From assembly GCA_045589295.1 (NCBI GenBank), contig JAZNOU010000002.1, positions 1-64,000 on the forward strand: a stretch of DNA of 64,000 nt. The letters run 5' to 3'. Origin of the DNA: Clostridia bacterium (GTDB taxonomy: Bacteria > Bacillota > Clostridia > RGIG6154). The notes below the pieces were generated by a model. The model made no database searches, was not told the DNA's origin, and saw only the letters and a list, made by a program, of their open reading frames with translations. Below are positions 27,809-39,609 of the stretch, in pieces; position 1 is the first letter of the stretch, and each line of letters begins with the position of its first letter. The position numbers and the translations under genes are program-made.

Positions 27809-28665
27809 TGCTGGATATATTATGTCAGCTTCCCTGTCCGTGTGCAGGCGAAGAAACTGTTAAAAAATATTTAAAAACAAAAACCAAAGGGTATGAGGAC
27901 TCGATAGGGAACTTCATAGTGAATAAAAAAGGCGGGCATAAAAAACTGATGGTGTTTTGCCCGCTTGATGAAGATACCCTTACGGCCATGAGCTGTGAAA
28001 ACAAAAAAGTTTTTGTTTCGCATCAGGGAAGTGCAAAGCTTCCGCTTGGTTTGGTTGTGTCTTTTGGCGGATATTTAGGTGTGCTTCAGGCAAAAGACAA
28101 CACAAAACCTGATAAAGATTTGTATGTTGAAATGCTTACCGATGGCTTTGAAAATGTGGGCGGGGCAGGTGTTGTGTCTTCTGAATATATAACAGAAGAA
28201 AATGTTATTTTTACAAAGGATGCAGTGCAAAAACTTGCAACTTGCGCAATGCTTGAAAGTGTGAGTGAAGAAACCGATTTTGATGCTTTTTTTGTGTTTG
28301 GTGTTCAAAGTAAAAACAACAATAAAGGTGCAATTGTTTCTACGCGTGAAATAAATCCAGAGTTTGTACTTACGTTTGAAAAAACCAAAAGCGAAACGTT
28401 AACATACAAGGTGCTTTCAAAAGGATTTATAATAAGCGAAAACGCAAAAGAAAAAATAGAAAATGTTTGCAGCTCTTTGGGTGTTGAAATAAAACCGGAA
28501 GCGGACAGCGAAGATGTTAGCTCGGCACAGGCTTTTTGCGCACCGAATACTGTTGTAGTAGGTGTTCCTGTGAGATTTTATGATGAAATAAGGCAGGCAA
28601 CAGATATAAAATACAAAGAAATAATCAAAGAAATAATAAAAGCATTTTTAAGAGAAGGAAAATAG
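27808..28665 (+). CDS. degenerate M42-like protein lacking metal ligands
   Basis: same scaffold (DSIGNFIV, GVQ...KGA, VPVR) with the catalytic H/D/E residues replaced. Confidence 0.7.
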   Translation: MLDILCQLPCPCAGEETVKKYLKTKTKGYEDSIGNFIVNKKGGHKKLMVFCPLDEDTLTAMSCENKKVFVSHQGSAKLPLGLVVSFGGYLGVLQAKDNTKPDKDLYVEMLTDGFENVGGAGVVSSEYITEENVIFTKDAVQKLATCAMLESVSEETDFDAFFVFGVQSKNNNKGAIVSTREINPEFVLTFEKTKSETLTYKVLSKGFIISENAKEKIENVCSSLGVEIKPEADSEDVSSAQAFCAPNTVVVGVPVRFYDEIRQATDIKYKEIIKEIIKAFLREGK

Positions 28666-28666
28666 T

Positions 28667-29887
28667 ATGAACATAATAAAAAGAGCCGAAAAAAAGGTTC
28701 AAAGCGCATTTGAAAAGGTTGAAAGAATTGAATATGTAAATTCAAAAAAGGTATTGGATGCATTCAGAAAATATAATGTAAACGAGGCACATTTTGCATC
28801 AACAACAGGCTATGGATATGATGATTTGGGAAGAGATACTTTAGATAAAATTTTTGCTGATGTTTTAGGCGCAGAAGATGCTTTGGTAAGACAAAATATT
28901 TCGTGCGGAACACACGCTCTTTCAATATGTCTTACAGCACTTTTAAAGCCAAATGACCATATTTTGTGTGTTACAGGCAGAATGTATGAAACATTGGAAG
29001 AAACAGTTGGAGTAAGAGGAGATGCTGTAGGCTCGCTCAAAGAAATCGGTGTGACCTATGAACAGATTGAGCTTACTGAGAGCGGTGATTTTGACTATGA
29101 AAAAATAGAAAAAGCACTTTTAAAAAAACCTGCAATAGTTTGGATGCAACGCTCAAAAGGGTATGAATGGAGAAAATCACTTTCAATTGCCGAAATGGGA
29201 AAGGCAATAAAATTTATAAAAGATCGCTGCGATACAAAAGTTGTGGTTGATAATTGCTATGGTGAATTTGCAGAAGAAAAAGAGCCGACGGAAGTGGGAG
29301 CAGATTTAATGGCAGGTTCGCTCATTAAAAATTTAGGAGGCGGCGTTGCACCTTGTGGTGGATATGTTGCGGGCACTAAGGCTTGTGTTGAAAGAGTTGT
29401 AAACAGACTTTACTGCCCGGGGTTAGGAAGAGAATGCGGCGCATCACTTGGTATAAACAAGGAGTTTTACAAAGGACTTTTTATGGCTCCGTCTGCTGTT
29501 TGTAATGCAATTAAGACGGCAATACTTACAAGTGCAGTTTTTGAGGAATTGGGTTATGGGGTTTGCCCTGGTGCCTTTGAAGAAAGAACTGACATAATTC
29601 AAGCAATTAAATTTGGCGACGAGGAAAAGATGATAAAGTATATTCAGGGTATTCAAAAAGGCTCTCCTGTTGACTCAAATGTTGAACCACAGCCTTGGGA
29701 GATGCCCGGATATGGTGATAAAGTTATTATGGCGGCAGGAGCGTTTGTGTCTGGCTCTTCCATTGAGCTTTCGGCAGATGCGCCCATTAAAGAACCTTAT
29801 GTAGCGTTCCAGCAGGGCGGTCTTACATATCAGTACGGGAAAATAGGGTTAGAAGAAGGACTAAGAAACGCTTTTGGTGAGGTATAA
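28667..29887 (+). CDS. PLP-dependent methionine gamma-lyase-like / aluminium-resistance (YnbB) family protein
   Basis: [39 protein letters not shown]. Confidence 0.92.
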   Translation: MNIIKRAEKKVQSAFEKVERIEYVNSKKVLDAFRKYNVNEAHFASTTGYGYDDLGRDTLDKIFADVLGAEDALVRQNISCGTHALSICLTALLKPNDHILCVTGRMYETLEETVGVRGDAVGSLKEIGVTYEQIELTESGDFDYEKIEKALLKKPAIVWMQRSKGYEWRKSLSIAEMGKAIKFIKDRCDTKVVVDNCYGEFAEEKEPTEVGADLMAGSLIKNLGGGVAPCGGYVAGTKACVERVVNRLYCPGLGRECGASLGINKEFYKGLFMAPSAVCNAIKTAILTSAVFEELGYGVCPGAFEERTDIIQAIKFGDEEKMIKYIQGIQKGSPVDSNVEPQPWEMPGYGDKVIMAAGAFVSGSSIELSADAPIKEPYVAFQQGGLTYQYGKIGLEEGLRNAFGEV

Positions 29888-29889
29888 TA

Positions 29890-30348
29890 ATGAAAAAAGT
29901 TAATTTGTATACCGATGGTGCATGTTCTGGAAATCCGGGACCGGGCGGATATGGCGCAATTTTAGAGTACGGCGGAAGAAAAAAGGAGCTTTCGGGCGGG
30001 TTTGAAAACACAACCAATAACAGAATGGAACTTATGGCCGTAATTAGAGGATTAGATGCCTTAAAAGAACCGTGTGAGGTAACAGTTATAAGCGACTCTA
30101 AATATGTTGTAGATGCCATAAATAAAGGTTGGGTTTATAACTGGGAGAGTAACGGATGGCTTAAAAGCGATAAAAAGCCCGCATCAAATATTGACCTGTG
30201 GGAAAATCTTCTGGCACTGATGGATGAACATGTAGTAACATATACATGGATTGAAGGGCACAATGGCCATCCTGAGAACGAAAGATGCGACCAATTGGCA
30301 GTTGCAGCAAGCAAAAGCGAAAATAAAGAAACAGATGAATTTTTTTAA
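29890..30348 (+). CDS. rnhA: ribonuclease HI
   Basis: [37 protein letters not shown]. Confidence 0.97.
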   Translation: MKKVNLYTDGACSGNPGPGGYGAILEYGGRKKELSGGFENTTNNRMELMAVIRGLDALKEPCEVTVISDSKYVVDAINKGWVYNWESNGWLKSDKKPASNIDLWENLLALMDEHVVTYTWIEGHNGHPENERCDQLAVAASKSENKETDEFF

Positions 30349-30398
30349 AAAATATTGACAAACTAATGGTATTGTGATATTATAAGCCTTGTTAATAT

Positions 30399-30474
30399 TC
30401 CTCAATAGCTCAGTCGGTAGAGCATGCGGCTGTTAACCGCAGGGTCGTTGGTTCGAGTCCAACTTGGGGAGCCA
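30399..30474 (+). tRNA. tRNA-Asn(GTT)
   Basis: cloverleaf, GCGGCT-GTT-AACCGC, CCA end. Confidence 0.97.
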
Positions 30475-30539
30475 AAGTCTAAATGACACCGAAGGTGTTG
30501 TTTAGACTTTTTCTTTTAGTTTGTGCACGAACCAACAAT

Positions 30540-30716
30540 TCAATTGTAAACAGCCGCATATGCGGCGTTAACCAAAGGGGCTTGAGCACGACCGCCGCCA
30601 GTGGCGGAAGAAGGGAGTGTGAAAGCGGAAGCAAAAAGGAGAATTGCGAGCGAGAGCGTAGCAATGCGACTATTTTGTTGACCGGACCGTTGGTTCGAGT
30701 CCAACTTGGGGAGCCA
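30540..30716 (+). pseudogene. interrupted tRNA-Asn copy with a structured insert
   Basis: degenerate anticodon arm at 30560-30573; exact 29-nt 3' half at 30688-30716. Confidence 0.8.
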
Positions 30717-30842
30717 AAACAAAAAAGGGTGCAAAAGGCACCCTTTTTGTTTTACTTTTTGTGTGGTGTATAAACCAACGATATGGATTGACAATATCCT
30801 GTGAGTATTGTATTATTATAATCACAGGATATTTTTAATGAG

Positions 30843-31652
30843 GTGAAAAATTTGAAAACAAATTTTCATACGCATACCACATTTTGTGATGGTAAAAACA
30901 CCGCTGAAGAAATAGTTTTAAGCGCAATTAAAAAGGAATTTGATGCAATAGGCTTTTCTGGGCACGGTTATACTGACTATGATTTAAGTTACTGTATGAA
31001 AGACACAAAAGGATATATAAGTGAGATAAACAGACTTAAAGACAAGTATGGAAAAGAAATTGAGATTTATCTTGGCGTTGAAGAAGATGCTTTTTGCCCT
31101 GTGAACAGACAAGAGTTTGATTATATAATCGGTTCGTGCCACTATTTTAAAATAGGTGGTGAGTATCGCGCAATCGATTCAAGTTATGATAATTTTAAAG
31201 AGTGTGTTGAATTGTTTGGTGGAAACCCAATAAATATGGCGGAGAATTATTACGGTGCATTTTGTGATTATATAAAAAGAAGAAAGCCTGATATTGTGGG
31301 ACATTTTGACTTGATTACAAAGTATGATGAAATTGATGGTTTTAAGTTCCTGAAAAGTAATGAGTATCTTAGTCTGTCAGAAAAATATATTGAAGATGTT
31401 TCGAAAAGCGAAGTTGTTTTTGAAGTAAATACAGGTGCGATTGCAAGGGGATACAGAGCTTCGCCATACCCAAACGAAAACCTTTTACATATTTTAAAAA
31501 AGAAAAATGCAAATCTTATTCTGTCAGCAGACAGCCATAATGTTGATACTTTGGACTTTAATTTTAAAGAAACCAGAAAATACTTACGAGATTTTGGTTT
31601 TGAATATGTCTACACGATTAACGGCGGAAAATTTGTAAAAGATTATTTATAA
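30843..31652 (+). CDS. histidinol-phosphatase, PHP family
   Basis: FHTHTTFCDG, GFSGH, IGSCH, GHFDL, EVNTG, SADSH. Confidence 0.88.
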   Translation: MKNLKTNFHTHTTFCDGKNTAEEIVLSAIKKEFDAIGFSGHGYTDYDLSYCMKDTKGYISEINRLKDKYGKEIEIYLGVEEDAFCPVNRQEFDYIIGSCHYFKIGGEYRAIDSSYDNFKECVELFGGNPINMAENYYGAFCDYIKRRKPDIVGHFDLITKYDEIDGFKFLKSNEYLSLSEKYIEDVSKSEVVFEVNTGAIARGYRASPYPNENLLHILKKKNANLILSADSHNVDTLDFNFKETRKYLRDFGFEYVYTINGGKFVKDYL

Positions 31653-31662
31653 GAGGTAGAAA

Positions 31663-32112
31663 ATGAAAATAGTAATACAAAGAGTTTTACAGGCAAAAGT
31701 TGAGGTTGAAGGAAAAGTTACGGGAGAGATAGGCAAAGGTTTTTTGTTGTTTTTGGGAGTTTCAAATGAAGACACAACAGATATTGCGGATAAGATGATA
31801 GAAAAGGTGTCGCGACTTAGAATTTTTGAAGATGAAAATGAAAGAATAAATTTAAGCATTGACCAGGTAGACGGCGAGGTGTTGGTTGTTTCGCAGTTTA
31901 CCCTTTATGCAGATTGTAAAAAAGGAAACAGGCCAAGCTTTGTTAATGCAGGAAGCCCCGATATGGCAGAGGCTATTTACGAACATGTTAAAAAAAGATG
32001 CGGCGAGCTATTTAAAAACACCGCCTGCGGAATTTTCGGCGCAGATATGAAAGTGTCGCTTGTAAATGACGGACCTTTTACCATAGTACTTGATAGTAAA
32101 GAAATATTATAA
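31663..32112 (+). CDS. dtd: D-aminoacyl-tRNA deacylase
   Basis: VIQRV, VSQFTL, FGADM, NDGPFT. Confidence 0.97.
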   Translation: MKIVIQRVLQAKVEVEGKVTGEIGKGFLLFLGVSNEDTTDIADKMIEKVSRLRIFEDENERINLSIDQVDGEVLVVSQFTLYADCKKGNRPSFVNAGSPDMAEAIYEHVKKRCGELFKNTACGIFGADMKVSLVNDGPFTIVLDSKEIL

Positions 32113-32184
32113 AAGGCAGTGTAAAAAAATTTTTAAAAAGTATTGACAAACGGATATCCTTGTGGTAAAATAACATAGTGCTGT

Positions 32185-32271
32185 GGAGAGGTGTCCGAGT
32201 GGTTTAAGGAGCTGGTCTTGAAAACCAGTGACTCGTAAGGGCCGTGAGTTCGAATCTCACCCTCTCCGCCA
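32185..32271 (+). tRNA. tRNA-Ser(TGA)
   Basis: cloverleaf with long variable arm, CCA. Confidence 0.96.
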
Positions 32272-32297
32272 CTTTTTTTTAACCAAATATTTTATTC

Positions 32298-32391
32298 GGA
32301 GAAATACCCAAGTCGGCCGAAGGGGGCGGTTTGCTAAACCGTTAGGTCGGGATTCCCCGGCGCGAGGGTTCGAATCCCTCTTTCTCCGCCA
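32298..32391 (+). tRNA. tRNA-Ser(GCT)
   Basis: cloverleaf with long variable arm, CCA. Confidence 0.96.
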
Positions 32392-32515
32392 AAACAAAAG
32401 ACACCTTTGGGTGTCTTTTGTTGTTTTCAAATTAACTTGCTTTAAACCACCAATAGTTGACACGCAATTTTATGGATGATATAATTGAGGTGTAAATTAT
32501 GAAAGGGGAATAAAT

Positions 32516-32776
32516 ATGGAAGCGGGAAAAATGTGTCAGGTTACAGCGGTAGTGTTATTTATACTTGGCGTTGTAGCGTCAATAATTATTGCAATAGGCG
32601 GAGAAAGTTTTTTAATTTTTTTATATGTTCTTGCAATAGATTTTGTAAGTTGTTTGCTTTTATACAGTATTGGAGAGATAATAGAACAGCTTTATATCGC
32701 CAACACAAATATTTATGCAATACATAATGTTGTGTACAGCTTTATACAACAGAAAAAAGAAAAACAGGATAAATAG
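32516..32776 (+). CDS. small 2-TM hypothetical membrane protein
   Basis: own TTGACA/TATAAT promoter and AAGGGG RBS; two hydrophobic helices. Confidence 0.75.
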   Translation: MEAGKMCQVTAVVLFILGVVASIIIAIGGESFLIFLYVLAIDFVSCLLLYSIGEIIEQLYIANTNIYAIHNVVYSFIQQKKEKQDK

Positions 32777-32812
32777 ATAACAAAAAAAGACACCAAAAGG
32801 TGTCTTTTTATT

Positions 32813-32888
32813 TGGTGGGAACAATAGGGCTCGAACCTATGACCCTCTGCTTGTAAGGCAGATGCTCTCCCAGCTGAGCTATGCTCCC
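32813..32888 (-). tRNA. tRNA-Val(TAC)
   Basis: cloverleaf on the minus strand, CCA. Confidence 0.96.
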
Positions 32889-32891
32889 ATA

Positions 32892-32968
32892 TGGTAGCGG
32901 CGAGTGGACTTGAACCACCGACCTAACGGGTATGAACCGTTTGCTCTAGCCAACTGAGCTACACCGCC
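32892..32968 (-). tRNA. tRNA-Met(CAT), elongator type
   Basis: GGCGGTGTAGCTCAG...GGTTCATACC...CGCCGCTACCA. Confidence 0.93.
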
Positions 32969-33041
32969 ATATGTCTTTAAATCAGCAATCAATATTATAA
33001 CAAACAAAAATATATTTGTCAATACTTTTTTGCTAAAAAAT

Positions 33042-33815
33042 TTATTTATAATCTATTCTTAATTGAGAATTATTTTCAAAAGGGCTGACAATATGATTGT
33101 TTGTCAAGATACCGCTTCCTGCAAATGATAGCCATGAATGGTCGCTAACAATAATCGAGTCAAGCAAAAACTTTCTGACATTTAGAAGAGCCTCTAACAA
33201 AAGGCGAGTGTTTTCAACATCAAATGGTGAAGGATTTGTTTCGCCAGATGGGTGGTTGTGACCTAAAACAACGTAATAAGCTTTATATAAAACGGCGGAT
33301 GCAACAATTTTTTCAACATAGATGCCTGTTGAGTCAACACCGCCTTCTGAAAGCATTTCATATTTGATAAGCTTTTTAGATTTGTCAAGATAGAGTGCAT
33401 AGGCAGTTTCATATTTGCTGCCGAGGCAAAGTGACTGAAAAAACTCGGCGAGTTCATTTATACTTTCAAAGCTGTGTTTGGGAGTAAGATTGTTCAAAAG
33501 ATAACGTTTGGTAACCGCTAGGTATGACGATAAGTGAAGTGCGGTAACCTTACCAATACCTTCTATTTGCATAAGTTCGTGAGGTGATGCCTCCAAAACT
33601 TTGTTTAATGAGCCAAATTTGTTTATAAGGCTGTGAGCGATTGGGTTGGTGTCAACCTGAGGTATGCTCTGAAATAAAATAAATTCCAAAAGCTGATGGT
33701 CGAGCAAAGAGTCAAACGAAGTATTTGACAAAAGTTTATCACGCACGCGGGTTCTGTGACCAACGTGAACATTTGATTTTGTTAGCTTGTTGTTTTTTGT
33801 ACTCAAACCTCTCAC
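33042..33815 (-). CDS. radC: RadC family (JAB domain) protein
   Basis: GHRTR, LINKFGSL, IEGIG, HNHPSG. Confidence 0.9.
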   Translation of the reverse strand: MRGLSTKNNKLTKSNVHVGHRTRVRDKLLSNTSFDSLLDHQLLEFILFQSIPQVDTNPIAHSLINKFGSLNKVLEASPHELMQIEGIGKVTALHLSSYLAVTKRYLLNNLTPKHSFESINELAEFFQSLCLGSKYETAYALYLDKSKKLIKYEMLSEGGVDSTGIYVEKIVASAVLYKAYYVVLGHNHPSGETNPSPFDVENTRLLLEALLNVRKFLLDSIIVSDHSWLSFAGSGILTNNHIVSPFENNSQLRIDYK

Positions 33816-33864
33816 CTCTTTTACATGTTAGCATAACCTAAGCCGTATTTCAACACGGCTTAGG

Positions 33865-34098
33865 TTATAACAATTCTTCAAGTTTTAAGATAAACACACT
33901 CATTTTTATATCCAAAGCATTGCAAATCCTGTAAAGCGTTTCAAGTGTCGGCTTTCTCACACCGCGTTCAATGGCACTTAAATGACTTCTGTCAATATCA
34001 GCAAGTCCGCTTAAAACTTCCTGTGAAACACCTTTCTGCTTTCTAAAAAAAGCAACTGTTAATCCCACTTTTTCAGGGTCTAATGTAGCAATATACAT
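33865..34098 (-). CDS. XRE-family HTH regulator
   Basis: SQEVLS..DRSHLSAIERG.RKPTLETL. Confidence 0.9.
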   Translation of the reverse strand: MYIATLDPEKVGLTVAFFRKQKGVSQEVLSGLADIDRSHLSAIERGVRKPTLETLYRICNALDIKMSVFILKLEELL

Positions 34099-34224
34099 AT
34101 TTTAACACCTCAAAAATAGTATATGCTATTTTGAAATACGTATTGATGGCATATGCACTCATTTGAATACATATGTATTTACATGGCATAAAATAAAAAC
34201 CACACCGCAAGGTGTGGTTTTTAA

Positions 34225-37216
<2,992 letters not shown>

Positions 37217-37383
37217 CGTTTCATCTCCATAATTACATACTTATAATAAATTATATCATCGTTTAGAACAAATGTCAAAATATTTTAAGTAAAGGTATTG
37301 ATTTTTTTTATGTTATAGTGTATACTGAATGACGTAGAATTTGCGTGTTTAAATTCATATCAATTATGCATCATTCGTTATAA

Positions 37384-37575
37384 GGCTCTATCGTCTAATG
37401 GTTAGGACTTTGGCCCCAAAAGGCTGGAATAGGGGTGTCCGCGTAGCGACCGCTGCCTGTGGCAGAAAAAGGGAGCACGCAAGGACTGTGCAGTAACACA
37501 ATGAATTGAGCCAAAGTTTGGCGAAAATGAATTGATGTTACAAACGGGTAGAATTCTGGATTCGAACCCATAAAA
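37384..37575 (+). pseudogene. interrupted tRNA-Glu copy with a structured insert
   Basis: 25-nt and 17-nt exact matches to the intact tRNA-Glu, a scrambled anticodon arm, then the insert from 37437. Confidence 0.8.
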
Positions 37576-37587
37576 AATTAAATATAA

Positions 37588-37662
37588 GGCTCTATCGTCT
37601 AATGGTTAGGACACAGCCCTCTCAAGGCTGGAATAGGGGTTCGAATCCCCTTAGAGTCACCA
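37588..37662 (+). tRNA. tRNA-Glu(CTC)
   Basis: CAGCC-CTCTCAA-GGCTG arm, CCA. Confidence 0.96.
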
Positions 37663-37858
37663 AAAAAACAGATGCCAAACGGCATCTGTTTTTTTGACAG
37701 GGGGTATAATACTGAAGGGCATTTTGCGTAAAATAAAAGTTGCCGGATTAGTGTAATTTGCAAGAAAAAATTAGAGTGTACTTATTGCATTAGAGTTGAT
37801 TTTGTGGTAAAATAGTATATGATGGTGAAATTTCGAACAAATAAAAGGAGTGCAGGAT

Positions 37859-39544
37859 ATGTTGTCATCTCAGGAAGTTATGCAATTAATTCAGAGCCTT
37901 ATTTGGCTTCTTGCAGGTGTGGGAATTTTTATTGTTGGTATGAATTTTATGGGCGATGCTCTTGAAAAAAGTGCAGGTATAGGACTAAAACGATTGCTTG
38001 AAAAAATAAGTAACAATAGGCTTTCAGGTGTTGGTATTGGTGCAGGTGTTACAGCTATTATCCAAAGCTCGTCTGCAACATCGGTTATGGTTATCGGTCT
38101 TGTTAATGCAGGTGTTATGACACTTATGCAGGCAACACCAATTATTATGGGTGCAAATATAGGAACAACAATTACAGGTGTTTTAGTTGCTCTTAAAAAT
38201 GACTATTTTGATATGGCAATGTACCTTCTTGCTTTTGTGGGCGTAATGATGGGATTTGCTCAAAAGGAAAAGACAAAAATTGCAGGAAATCTTTGCTGTG
38301 GACTAGGTTTAATTTTTGTTGGACTTAATATTATGAGCAGCGAACAGGCATTTGGAAATCCCTTGGTTGAAAATATGTTTACTACTATTTTCAGTTTCAT
38401 CAATTTTCCACTGCTTTTAATTTTAGTTGGTGTAATTTTTACTGCTTTGATACAGAGTTCTTCGGCAGCTACGGGTGTTGTTATCACTATGGTTGGTTCG
38501 GGAATTCTTCCTTTGGATCTTGCATTGTTCATAGTGCTTGGTGCCAACATTGGTACATGTGTAACAGCACTTCTTGCATCGGTTGGTGCAAATGCAAATT
38601 CAAAAAGAGTTGCCCTCATACACTTTACATTCAACGTAATCGGTACAGCGGCGTTTGCGGCAATAATTTGGATTTTCAGAGAGCCAGTAGTAAACTTATT
38701 GGTATCTGCATTCCCTGGAGATGATGCAATGTCATTACAGATGAGAGTTTCATTGTTCCATGTTATCTTCAATGTAACAACAACCTGTCTGTTGCTTCCG
38801 TTTGTAAAGCAGCTTGTTGATTATTCTTGCAGTGTTATTAAGGATAAAAAAGATGAAAGCGAGTCATTGACCTTAAGATATGTTGATGACAGACTTTTGT
38901 TAACACCAGCTGTTGCGCTTATGCAGGTTAAGAAAGAAGTTGAATATATGATTTCCTTGGTAGAAGAAAATACACGACTTTCTTTTAAAGCGATGGATAC
39001 AGGAACTTTAGAATATAATGATGTGATTTATAAAAATGAAAAAATAATTGACTTTACAAACAGTGCTTTAACTGAATTTTTGATTGATTTATCAGCGCAT
39101 GTAGAAGGCAGTGATGAAAAAATTATTGGTTCATATTTTCACGTTTTGAATGACCTTGAGCGTATTGGTGATCACGCTGAAAACTTCCACGAAATAGGTA
39201 TTGAAATGATGAATAAAAATATTGCATTTTCAGGTCAGGCTATTGAAGGCATTAAGACAATGCGTGACAGTGTTATGAAAATGTTTGAAATTTCAATAGA
39301 TACATTTGAAACACTGCACAAGGAAAGACTTAATGATTTGTCTGAATTAGAAGAAAGTGTGGACGAAATGAAGAAAGAATTCATTGCCGGTCACTTTACC
39401 AGACTTGCCGAGGGTAATTGCAGTGTTGAGGTAAGCCCTTACTATTCATCTGTAATAGTTGGCCTTGAAAGAATAGCGGACCATCTTGTAAATGTCGGAT
39501 ATAGTATTGTTAACCCTGTTGGTTCTCAAAAGGATAATAATTAA
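37859..39544 (+). CDS. Na+/Pi cotransporter family protein with PhoU domains
   Basis: twice QSSSA and GANIGT; DLERIGDHAEN. Confidence 0.95.
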   Translation: MLSSQEVMQLIQSLIWLLAGVGIFIVGMNFMGDALEKSAGIGLKRLLEKISNNRLSGVGIGAGVTAIIQSSSATSVMVIGLVNAGVMTLMQATPIIMGANIGTTITGVLVALKNDYFDMAMYLLAFVGVMMGFAQKEKTKIAGNLCCGLGLIFVGLNIMSSEQAFGNPLVENMFTTIFSFINFPLLLILVGVIFTALIQSSSAATGVVITMVGSGILPLDLALFIVLGANIGTCVTALLASVGANANSKRVALIHFTFNVIGTAAFAAIIWIFREPVVNLLVSAFPGDDAMSLQMRVSLFHVIFNVTTTCLLLPFVKQLVDYSCSVIKDKKDESESLTLRYVDDRLLLTPAVALMQVKKEVEYMISLVEENTRLSFKAMDTGTLEYNDVIYKNEKIIDFTNSALTEFLIDLSAHVEGSDEKIIGSYFHVLNDLERIGDHAENFHEIGIEMMNKNIAFSGQAIEGIKTMRDSVMKMFEISIDTFETLHKERLNDLSELEESVDEMKKEFIAGHFTRLAEGNCSVEVSPYYSSVIVGLERIADHLVNVGYSIVNPVGSQKDNN

Positions 39545-39609
39545 AAAGTGTTGACAAGGTACCTAAATTTTCAATAAAAAACAGATGCCCAAAAGCATCT
39601 GTTTTTTTA

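Noticed and set aside
30479-30794. ORFs overlapping the tRNA-Asn duplicate
   Set aside because: They arise from the GC-rich insert and tRNA remnant and start within terminator hairpins.
32228-32479. ORFs over the tRNA-Ser pair (similarly 47898-48155 over tRNA-Tyr/Thr)
   Set aside because: Translations of tRNA genes.
37217-37380. possible T-box leader for alaS
   Set aside because: No T-box consensus or leader terminator is visible in the short upstream region.
37437-37575. insert interpreted as a group I or II intron in tRNA
   Set aside because: Too short, lacks the catalytic core motifs, and the flanking tRNA halves are degenerate.
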